The notes under the pieces were generated by a model. It searched no databases, was not told the origin of the DNA, and worked only from the letters and a program-made list of their open reading frames with translations. From NCBI GenBank assembly GCA_965228105.1, contig CBDDGZ010000002.1:3806154-3870153 (forward strand): 64,000 nucleotides of DNA. The letters are read 5' to 3'. The position numbers and the translations under genes were made by a program. The stretch comes from Cyclobacteriaceae bacterium. GTDB lineage: Bacteria > Bacteroidota > Bacteroidia > Cytophagales > Cyclobacteriaceae. Shown here one piece after another: positions 49,940 to 58,222 of this stretch (the stretch's first letter is position 1; every line of letters starts with the position of its first letter).

Positions 49940-50794
49940 CTATCTGATGTACTTTTTAAGCCATGATTCTGCGAGTGGCGGCCAGGCCTCTGCCGCCGGA
50001 TTACCTTTACGCATGCCATAACCGTGCTTTCCCTCCGGTACAACATGAAGCTCTACAAGCACGTTTTGTTTTCGCAGTTCCTGGGTCATCACCAGGGAGC
50101 TGTTGGCATGTGAATCATCTGCTGCAACAAATAAAAACATGGGTGAGGTATCTTCAGTCACTTCCAGCTCAGGGGTGATACTGTTCTTTTGCTCCTGATC
50201 CAGGTATGCCGGGTAGATCAGTAGTGCAAAGTTTGGTTTACTCGAAAGAGAATCCGTCATATCGATGAGCGGGTATGACTGGTCTTCATATCTGGTTGCT
50301 GCACGGGCTGCCAGGCTGCCTCCGGCAGAAAATCCCAGGACACCAATCTTGTCCGGATTGACGTTGTAATTTTTAGCTTTTGATCGTACGATCCTGATGG
50401 CTCGCTGCGCATCCATAAGGGCACCTTCCTGTTTTTCAGGCACCCGATACTGCAAAACAAAAGCGGTATAACCCAGGCTGCTCAGCCATTCAGCTATTTC
50501 ATACCCTTCTTTTTTGATAGCTAGTCTATTATATCCCCCACCAGGGAATATCAGAATGGCAGATCCATTGGGTTTTTGTGGGAGATAAACCTCCAGGATG
50601 GGATTGGTCACCACCAGCAGGCGTTCGATCACACCCTTTTGATCTATCTGGACTACGGGTTTGGCTTTTTCAGCTTCTTCACCAGGAACTGCATCAGGCC
50701 AAAGAGAAATCTGTGTGGCATTTTGGGAATAGGCAAGTTGGACGAAACCAAGAAAAAACAGCAAGGTAACGTATCTCATTCCAATCATTTTCAT
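49940..50794 (-). CDS. alpha/beta hydrolase (esterase, BD-FAE-like)
   Basis: Signal peptide, IFPGGGY oxyanion region, GFSAGG nucleophile elbow. Confidence 0.8.
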   Translation of the reverse strand: MKMIGMRYVTLLFFLGFVQLAYSQNATQISLWPDAVPGEEAEKAKPVVQIDQKGVIERLLVVTNPILEVYLPQKPNGSAILIFPGGGYNRLAIKKEGYEIAEWLSSLGYTAFVLQYRVPEKQEGALMDAQRAIRIVRSKAKNYNVNPDKIGVLGFSAGGSLAARAATRYEDQSYPLIDMTDSLSSKPNFALLIYPAYLDQEQKNSITPELEVTEDTSPMFLFVAADDSHANSSLVMTQELRKQNVLVELHVVPEGKHGYGMRKGNPAAEAWPPLAESWLKKYIR

Positions 50795-50933
50795 ATGACT
50801 AATTTAATGAGATATTAGTAGAAGTTTACGCCTGACTGTAAAGGATTGGAAATTTGCAGCTGTGAAAATTCATTTTTCAGCACATAAATATGAAGTCCAA
50901 AATGTGCTAAGGATCCTTATGGCATTCTTAATT

Positions 50934-53807
50934 TTAATTCCGCTTTACCACAAACCATTGCTGACTTTTTGGCGGAATGCTTACTGGCAGATCAATCGAA
51001 TAATCACGGTTTAATTTGACTTTCATTGCTTTCCCATCTTCCCCAGTCAATACAGCTCGTTTACTGAGGCCTGTATAATAAAGGTTTACCGGGATTGTTT
51101 TTACAATGGGCTCATCTAAAGGATTATACAGCATAATCAAGCCTTTTTCATCACCAAAAGGATTGACATGCATCAGACCATCAAAATCCCGGCCATCCGG
51201 TCTGCGGATATGGACAATGTCTCCATCGAGGACTTCTCTGTGGCTCAAATAAAAGTCGACCCATTTCTTAACGATTTCCTTAGTCTGTGGGGAATCGTAT
51301 AACTGGGGGCCACGATAACACGCCTGAACACCTGCCCCAAACAGGTTAGCCAGCCGCTGCTCATAATGAGGTAAATGGTCTTTTAAAGGTTCGATAGTAG
51401 CGGCTTTCCCTCCCCCGTGATACTCCACAAGCGGCACGAACATCCAACCCATACCCGGGGTCTTTTGCCAGGTGCCATCATATATATTTTGCCGCTCGAT
51501 GAGCTCTTGTTGCTCCCGTGGCAGTGACCAGTTGGTTTCACGATATCCCATCCCGGTCTTGTTGCTGCCGGCCATGAAGTAGTGATCAGGAACGTTGAGA
51601 AAGATCCCTTTACTCCTGCACCACTCATAAAACCTTTGGATGGTTTCGTATTGATTCCATTGAGAGTCTTCCAGGCCTCGATGTCCGGGATGATCCTCGC
51701 TGGCACAGACATCACCCGGATAACTGCCATCATGTTCTAAAATATCCTGACCTGTCTTGTCATAAAATGCATATAGCTTCTTAAAATAGTTGATCCCCCA
51801 TTCACTTTCCAGGCAAGGTGAGTTTCCAAAACGGGGTTTCAACCCCGGAGGCATAACCACGTCATTTTCCTGGTTGATGCTTCTGCTGGCTAAAAGAGAA
51901 TAGCCTCCAAGTGCTATTCCCTTATCATGTGCATAATCCGCCAGGTCCTTCATCCTGGAGATGTTCTCAGCGGTCTCATTTTCAATTTGAAATCCGCTTC
52001 CAAAGGTCATGATCACCATTTCAAAGCCGACCTCAGCACATTGATCAATGGCTTTCTTTACTGACGCATTATCAGCATTTCTTACATGCATCATGATGGG
52101 ATTTTCCGTCACCCAGGGTGATTGAGAACGGTACATTCTTTTTTCGGCAAGCCCTTTTCTTTCCCGGTCCCAACTGTCGTGAAATAGCTCCCAGACTCTG
52201 AAGCTTCTTATGCTTTCGCTGGTCTTCAGGGTCTTCATTGGACCTAGCTTGGGATAAGCTTCTAGCAATACGGGTGTCTTCAATAGATAATTTACCTGTG
52301 TCTTGTATTCCGGGTCTGTATTCCACGCAATACTGCTTGAGTACAGGTTGTCTGGAGACATACCCCCAAAACGATAGTCAGACTCCACAGTGATATTGGG
52401 CAATGTCCAGTTTATTTTATCATCTACTGCACTTTCGGCTTCTACCAACGCCAGTATTTCACTTTTGAAACTGTTAACAACGATACTGTGGCTGGATCCA
52501 TTTATCACCTCTATCCATTTAGAGATCAACGGAATCCCGTCGTACATTTCATAGTTAATGTTTACTTGTATATCTTTTAGATATTCTAGTCTGGCTAGCT
52601 GAGTTTCATTGGCCTTATCATCTAAACCTCCCAGTATCCTGACGTGATTTACGTGACATCGCCCGCTCTCCCCGCTCTGTGGATGGTCACTGGCTCCCCC
52701 TTTGAGATCCATTTTTCCAACTCTAAAAGTCTTTATTGGGCTACTCCCGGTTGTTACAACAGCCAATTCATCAAATGTCTCACCATCATAAGAATAGGAA
52801 AACACAATATCTGAAACCCTTTCTTCTGCACGTAGGAATACTTTCATTCCTTCATCGTACTTCCCTACCCTTGTTTCCGTTTTCCCGTCAAAGACACCAA
52901 ATTGATTTTCTGCGGTGCGCAGATTGACTTTATAGATATCTCCCGATTCACTTATTAGTGCGATTCCTGGTCCCCATGAGGCGGACTTATCAGTACCCGG
53001 GTCGATTTCGGCAATCCAAACCTTTGCATTTACAGGACTTTCCAGCTCTGCAAAAACAAACTGGTTTGCCATGGCCATCATTTCACCTGGCTTACCTTCA
53101 TTGATAAATGAATTACGTTCGTTGCCCCCTGATTTATATACTTTCCAGGCATCCTCCAGGGTCTTAAAAGCATCCTGAAACAGTGCCTCTCTGCCTTCAT
53201 CAGTACTGACATGATCCTTCAAAAAACTGATTAACACATTATCAACACCATAGGTGAAAACAAGCTTTTTGCCCGGTGCTGGCCAGGGAACATCTTTGGG
53301 CATCCACTCTAACCGTTTTTGCCATTCGAAGCGTGGTTCTGTATCCCCAACACTAAATTCCCTGAGACTTAGAGCTTCAGGATCCCGTTCCATCTGCTCA
53401 ATCCACTCATCCAACAAATAATTGTGGACTGGCTGACCGATGAGACCTCCTACCGGAAGCTTTATGCCGTCGATGGTAACCTCTGCTTCAGGCCTGATGG
53501 ACCTCAACATATTTTCACCGGTCATTAGGTTTTCCAAACCAATCGTGGCCCCGCCCTTTTTTACATCGAAAACACGGCTGATCAAACCATTACTAAGGAC
53601 CAGATGGTCATGCGAATTGGTATAGACACCTGTCTTTTTCGGAGATGAAACAACCAGCCAGTCACTTTTGTACCTGACCGCCTCTTTATCATACGCAGGA
53701 AACTCATTCAATTCCTGCGCTTTGGTTGTGAAAAGACTACTGGTTAGAAAAACTGATAGAAGTAAACGATGGACAGCGTTCACTTTTGGATAATCCTTTA
53801 TACTCAT
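50934..53807 (-). CDS. large secreted protein of unknown function (possible distant TIM-barrel glycosidase)
   Basis: 957 aa with a signal peptide. I recognise no family motif. The C-terminal half alternates hydrophobic beta and helix segments with acidic motifs (ILEHDGSYPGD). ATG confirmed at 53807. Confidence 0.6.
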   Translation of the reverse strand: MSIKDYPKVNAVHRLLLSVFLTSSLFTTKAQELNEFPAYDKEAVRYKSDWLVVSSPKKTGVYTNSHDHLVLSNGLISRVFDVKKGGATIGLENLMTGENMLRSIRPEAEVTIDGIKLPVGGLIGQPVHNYLLDEWIEQMERDPEALSLREFSVGDTEPRFEWQKRLEWMPKDVPWPAPGKKLVFTYGVDNVLISFLKDHVSTDEGREALFQDAFKTLEDAWKVYKSGGNERNSFINEGKPGEMMAMANQFVFAELESPVNAKVWIAEIDPGTDKSASWGPGIALISESGDIYKVNLRTAENQFGVFDGKTETRVGKYDEGMKVFLRAEERVSDIVFSYSYDGETFDELAVVTTGSSPIKTFRVGKMDLKGGASDHPQSGESGRCHVNHVRILGGLDDKANETQLARLEYLKDIQVNINYEMYDGIPLISKWIEVINGSSHSIVVNSFKSEILALVEAESAVDDKINWTLPNITVESDYRFGGMSPDNLYSSSIAWNTDPEYKTQVNYLLKTPVLLEAYPKLGPMKTLKTSESIRSFRVWELFHDSWDRERKGLAEKRMYRSQSPWVTENPIMMHVRNADNASVKKAIDQCAEVGFEMVIMTFGSGFQIENETAENISRMKDLADYAHDKGIALGGYSLLASRSINQENDVVMPPGLKPRFGNSPCLESEWGINYFKKLYAFYDKTGQDILEHDGSYPGDVCASEDHPGHRGLEDSQWNQYETIQRFYEWCRSKGIFLNVPDHYFMAGSNKTGMGYRETNWSLPREQQELIERQNIYDGTWQKTPGMGWMFVPLVEYHGGGKAATIEPLKDHLPHYEQRLANLFGAGVQACYRGPQLYDSPQTKEIVKKWVDFYLSHREVLDGDIVHIRRPDGRDFDGLMHVNPFGDEKGLIMLYNPLDEPIVKTIPVNLYYTGLSKRAVLTGEDGKAMKVKLNRDYSIDLPVSIPPKSQQWFVVKRN

Positions 53808-53875
53808 ATTGATTTCTAAGACCTGATCTAATCCTTGATAATGAATAGGCTCAAATTCTATTCAGACCATCAAGG

Positions 53876-55585
53876 CTAAACATTCCCCTTCTTACCCTCT
53901 TCTACAGCAAAATTTGCTGCGCGGGCTGCAAAAGCCATGTAGGTCAATGAAGGATTCTGCGTGCTGGTAGATGTCATACAGGCACCATCGGTGACGAATA
54001 CATTCTTGCAGGCATGAAGTCTGTGATGCTTATCCAATAAGGAGGTCTTTGGGTCTTTACCCATTCTCACTCCTCCCATCTCATGGATATCCAGACCAGG
54101 TGCCTGATGGGTGTCACGGGTTTTGATGTCGGTGAATCCGGCCTTTTCGTACATCTCTGTAAACTGCTCGAAAAAGTCCTGGATCATCTTCTCATCGTTG
54201 TCATCATAATCCACTTTCACATTGAGCAGTGGAATACCAAACTCATCATTGTCTGATGTAAGGTTGACGTAATTGGTTTCTTTTGGTATGGTCTCTCCCA
54301 TCATATGGGAACCTACATGCCAAATGCCCCATTCCGGATTCAAGATGTTTTGCTTAAGCTCTTCGCCAATGCCATCATAAGATCTGACAACCTGACGTCT
54401 CGCCCCAAAACCTGCTGCATAACCCCTAAGAAAGTCGGTTTCCTGCTTGTATACATTTCGGAATCGCGGAATGTAACCGCTGGTAGGTCGTCTGCCCACC
54501 GTGGTTTTATCCAGGTGACCATCAAACTTTCCGGAGATCTTACCCCTGTAGATGTGGAAGGCCACGTATTTTCCGAGCAAGCCATTGTCATTACCCAGGC
54601 CTTCCGGGAAGCGGCTGGAAGTTGAATTGAGCAAGAGTTGGTTCGTATTCAAAGCGCCCGCATTCACAAAGATCACTGGAGCGTAAAACTCAATGGATTC
54701 CTTTGTTTTGGCATCAATCACCCTTACACCGGTAGCTCGTCCTTTTTCTTCATCATAGATGATTGAATGTACAACTGAATCCGGGCGAAGGCTTAAGTTA
54801 CCTGTCTTCGCTGCCCAGGGAATGGTGGATGAGTTGGCACTGAAGTATCCTCCGAAAGGACATCCTCGCTGACACAACACCCTGTTCTGACACTGGCCTC
54901 TACCTTGCTGAAGATGGATCTCCTGGGGTTGAGTCAGATGGGCACAGCGACCACTGATCACATTTCTACCTTTGAACTGGCTTTCCAGCTTTTCCTTAAA
55001 ATATTTTTCTACGCAGTTGAGCTCCAGGGCAGGAAGAAATTCACCATCAGGCAGATTGTCCAGCCCATCCTTGTCACCTGCAATCCCAACGAATTTCTCT
55101 ACATGGCTGTACCACGGAGCAATGTCTTGATAACGAATGGGCCAATCAGTGGCAAAACCATCACGGGCAGGGCCTTCAAAGTCATAGTCGCTCCATCGCT
55201 GGGTTTGTCTGGCCCATAAAAGTGACTTCCCTCCTACCTGGTAAGCACGGATCCAGTCAAACGGCTTTTCCTGAACGTACGGAGAAACATCATCTCGTGT
55301 GAAAAAGTGCTGAGTATCTTCCCTAAAGGCATAGCATTTGCTCACGATGGGATTTTCATCGATCACCTTCTGCTCTACCTTGCCATTATGCTCAAATTCC
55401 CATGGCATCATCGTGGTGGTAGGATAATCCTTGATGTGCTCCACATTGCGACCCCGCTCTAAAACAAGGGTCTTCAATCCCTTTTCTGTCAGTTCTTTGG
55501 CTGCCCAGCCACCACTCATTCCCGAGCCAATCACGATGGCATCATAGGTTCTTTCTTTCTCGCTATCTATATTAAAATTGGCCAT
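53876..55585 (-). CDS. GMC family FAD-dependent oxidoreductase, catalytic subunit without its own signal peptide
   Basis: Start MANFNIDSEKERTYDAIVIGSGMSGGWAAKEL at ATG 55585 (the track extends to a TTG at 55618). C-terminal GMC_oxred_C-like VTDGACMTSTSTQNPSLT. Confidence 0.9.
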   Translation of the reverse strand: MANFNIDSEKERTYDAIVIGSGMSGGWAAKELTEKGLKTLVLERGRNVEHIKDYPTTTMMPWEFEHNGKVEQKVIDENPIVSKCYAFREDTQHFFTRDDVSPYVQEKPFDWIRAYQVGGKSLLWARQTQRWSDYDFEGPARDGFATDWPIRYQDIAPWYSHVEKFVGIAGDKDGLDNLPDGEFLPALELNCVEKYFKEKLESQFKGRNVISGRCAHLTQPQEIHLQQGRGQCQNRVLCQRGCPFGGYFSANSSTIPWAAKTGNLSLRPDSVVHSIIYDEEKGRATGVRVIDAKTKESIEFYAPVIFVNAGALNTNQLLLNSTSSRFPEGLGNDNGLLGKYVAFHIYRGKISGKFDGHLDKTTVGRRPTSGYIPRFRNVYKQETDFLRGYAAGFGARRQVVRSYDGIGEELKQNILNPEWGIWHVGSHMMGETIPKETNYVNLTSDNDEFGIPLLNVKVDYDDNDEKMIQDFFEQFTEMYEKAGFTDIKTRDTHQAPGLDIHEMGGVRMGKDPKTSLLDKHHRLHACKNVFVTDGACMTSTSTQNPSLTYMAFAARAANFAVEEGKKGNV

Positions 55586-56136
55586 TACATCACAATTAAT
55601 CCGTCTGAATTCACACAATCCTGGTAAGGCCCAGGCACCAGCTGATAAGGAAATTTCTCTGTCAAATAATATTTTGAACCCATGTAGCCCTGAATGGTAT
55701 ATCGGCGGGCAATGGCAAGAAATTCCTGAACCGGTTGTTCTTCAGCAGACAGCCCCTCCAATGATGTGGCTGCTGTCAAAATCTCTTCATTGGCCTGCTG
55801 TTCCTTCTGGGGAAAAGACTGTCCCACCTTATTCTTTACAAGGGCTTTGAACTTCTTCAATCCATCCACAAATACCTGTTGTGTTTCTTTTGGTTCACAA
55901 TCATCCACCATCACCAGCACAAAGCGATAGAGGTTTAACGCTTCTGCGCCTGGTTCGGCTTCTGTAGAAGGGATAATCGTTTCGATCACCTTCGCTAACA
56001 AGTCCTGATGATCCAGGTCGATCTGAAGATTATCCAGTGCCACCTGTTCCCGATCCGGGCCGAAATTACAGGAAGGTAAAAAGGCAAATGCCCCCGCCAT
56101 TAAGGCTGATTGTTTTAATGCGCTTCGTCTATCCAT
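55585..56136 (-). CDS. gluconate 2-dehydrogenase subunit 3-like small subunit with TAT signal
   Basis: MDRRSALKQSALMAGAFAFLPSC (twin-arginine plus Cys), 183 aa. The stop overlaps the GMC ATG by 1 nt (TAATG). Confidence 0.85.
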   Translation of the reverse strand: MDRRSALKQSALMAGAFAFLPSCNFGPDREQVALDNLQIDLDHQDLLAKVIETIIPSTEAEPGAEALNLYRFVLVMVDDCEPKETQQVFVDGLKKFKALVKNKVGQSFPQKEQQANEEILTAATSLEGLSAEEQPVQEFLAIARRYTIQGYMGSKYYLTEKFPYQLVPGPYQDCVNSDGLIVM

Positions 56137-56368
56137 GGGTATTTAGTTTCAACCTGTTTCAGAATTTCAAATATAGATGAATCGATCAATACAGGAAACC
56201 GAAAAGCCAAAGAGGTATTCGATTATTATTTCCTCCTTTTATGCCATCCAAAACCATGAACGCATTGGGAATTGTTAAACATAAAAAGCATTTAATAATA
56301 TTGATTTCTATATAAAGCAATTTACAAATAGAGTACATAGTCTAGCACCAATCTTCCTGTGCTCCATG

Positions 56369-56456
56369 GGCTTATCCCCCGGCAGGCCACATTCAAGTAA
56401 TTAGTAGTGATGAAAGTGTTGGCAGTCAGGTCTGTCGGTGGACAGATCTGGGGGAG
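56369..56456. repeat. 88-bp repeat, copy 1 (extends as a 24-bp tail to 56481)
   Basis: Has 4 mismatches in 88 nt against 56738..56825. A tail-only partial copy (gatcaatacaggaaaccgaaaagc) sits at 56184..56207. Confidence 0.75.
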
Positions 56457-56554
56457 GGATCAATATGGGAAATCGAAAAGCATCAATACATGAAATCAAC
56501 TTACTTATTTACTTCTGCGTTTATTATATTTGATAAGTGGACTTAGGCAAAAGA

Positions 56555-56713
56555 ATGAAAGATCTTGAAACAGTAACAGCTGAATTAATACATGCCAACA
56601 CTCTGGCTGAAAAACGTCTTATTGTTGTAGAAAAAGTAGGCTCTTTTTTAATCATCTATTTAACTATTGCAACTGCAGCTATATTAGGATTGGTAATCTA
56701 CGCCTTGCTTTAG
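56555..56713 (+). CDS. candidate 52-aa tail-anchored membrane peptide
   Basis: MKDLETVTAELIHANTLAEKRLIVVEKVGSFLIIYLTIATAAILGLVIYALL. Lies between the two 88-bp repeats. Below the ORF-track cutoff. Confidence 0.3.
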   Translation: MKDLETVTAELIHANTLAEKRLIVVEKVGSFLIIYLTIATAAILGLVIYALL

Positions 56714-56737
56714 ACAAATATGGGTCTACACCCTTCT

Positions 56738-56825
56738 GGCTTATCCCCCGGCAGGCCACATTCAAGTAATTAGTAGTGATGAAAGTGTCGGCAGTCAGGT
56801 CTATGGGTGGACATATCTGGGGGAG
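56738..56825. repeat. 88-bp repeat, copy 2
   Basis: Direct repeat of 56369..56456. Confidence 0.75.
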
Positions 56826-56950
56826 TAACAATAAAATGTAAAAAAAGAAACCGAAAGGTCTGATCTTGAGGATGCTGTTCTTGGTGGATTGACCAATAGA
56901 AGAGTCAGCATCGTCACCGACCAGAATTTACCGGAGCACTATCTAAAACG

Positions 56951-56978
56951 TTAATGACGGTGACAACACCGTCATTAA
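56951..56978. other. perfect 12-bp-stem hairpin (ttaatgacggtg-acaa-caccgtcattaa)
   Basis: Read directly from the sequence. It is followed by an aagctt-att-aagctt near-palindrome. There is no clear U-tract on either strand. Confidence 0.5.
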
Positions 56979-57048
56979 GCTTATTAAGCTTACCCGCTCA
57001 AAAACAACCAACTCCAATTGCACTATTCCAATACAGCAGAAGTCGTTC

Positions 57049-57158
57049 AAAGTCTGCACGGACTTCGGCCAAAACCTGCGCGGGTTTTAAGTAAAACCTG
57101 CACAGGTTTCGAGTAAAGTCTGCACGGGTTTTGAGCAAAGTCTGCGCAGGTTTTAAAA
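57049..57158. repeat. tandem array of five exact-period 22-bp hairpin units
   Basis: Units aaagtctgcacggacttcggcc / aaaacctgcgcgggttttaagt / aaaacctgcacaggtttcgagt / aaagtctgcacgggttttgagc / aaagtctgcgcaggttttaaaa. Confidence 0.75.
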
Positions 57159-57321
57159 GACATCACAAAATAGCCCTTTCAGAGCACTGAGAGATGTTTT
57201 TATTCTGACCAAAACACTATTTTTCCCTCCACTCTACCACTATTCACTGAAACAGTGATAGGATAATTCTAAGATTATGGTGATGAGGGACAGCTCCTGG
57301 TCAGAAACCTCAAGTTTTAAT

Positions 57322-58086
57322 CTACAACTTCTTAATCATGATGTTGCGAAACCACACATCATTGTTATGATCCTGCAAAGCGATATATCCCTTTTGTGGT
57401 ACCTGATACCAGTTTTCTCGGATTTTAGGAAATTTACTACCTGCAACTAATTCCTTCCAGGCATCCGTATCCAAATCCACTTCTACTACGATCTCTCCGT
57501 TTTGCTTGTGAATGACATGTCGGTCTTTCACAATTACTTCAGCAGTGTTCCACTCACCAACGGGTTTTGCATTTTGAGGAGTAGCTGGAATCAGGTCGTA
57601 GAGTGAACCCGCTTTTCTATTGCCATCCTTTCCCTTTTTTGCATCGGGATGTTTGTCATTGTCCAGTACTTGCATCTCAGGTGCAGAGGGTACAATGGAT
57701 TCATATTCTTTGCTCCCCAGATAGAAAATACCAGAGTTCCCACCTTCGGAGATTTTCCATTCCAGTTTCAAATGGAAGTTATCATATTGATCTTTTGTCA
57801 CAATGATTCCTTTATCACCTGGCTTGGCATCATCTTTATCCAGGGCTCGACAAAACAACGTGCCATCCGAAGTGACGGACCAAACCTTTGGTGGCTCGGC
57901 TGATTCCCAGCTGGTCCAGTTGTCTAAAGATTTCCCATCGAATAATGTGATCCATTCGGCCTCGTTAGATGCAGCAACAGTTTCTTGTTTTTCGGTAGTG
58001 GCGTTTTCCTCTGTTGATTTATCGGATGGCTTGCACCCAACAATTGTGATGAGTGCAACCAGGGTTAGTATTTGAAGATGCTTCAT
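57322..58086 (-). CDS. DUF1080 (3-keto-disaccharide hydrolase family) lipoprotein
   Basis: The plausible start MKHLQILTLVALITIVGC (lipobox) is at ATG 58086 (track extends to 58209). EWITLFDGKSLDNW ... GYIALQDHNNDVWFRNIMIKKL. Confidence 0.85.
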   Translation of the reverse strand: MKHLQILTLVALITIVGCKPSDKSTEENATTEKQETVAASNEAEWITLFDGKSLDNWTSWESAEPPKVWSVTSDGTLFCRALDKDDAKPGDKGIIVTKDQYDNFHLKLEWKISEGGNSGIFYLGSKEYESIVPSAPEMQVLDNDKHPDAKKGKDGNRKAGSLYDLIPATPQNAKPVGEWNTAEVIVKDRHVIHKQNGEIVVEVDLDTDAWKELVAGSKFPKIRENWYQVPQKGYIALQDHNNDVWFRNIMIKKL

Positions 58087-58222
58087 TTTAGGTCTGTGTT
58101 TTGAAATTTGGTGGCCTAAAAATAAACTAACAAACATGGCTGAGCTGCATTCCATTGAAAAAAAGCATAAAAAAAGGCACCCCTCAGTGAAGGGTACCCT
58201 TAGATTCAAAGAAGTAAATCAA

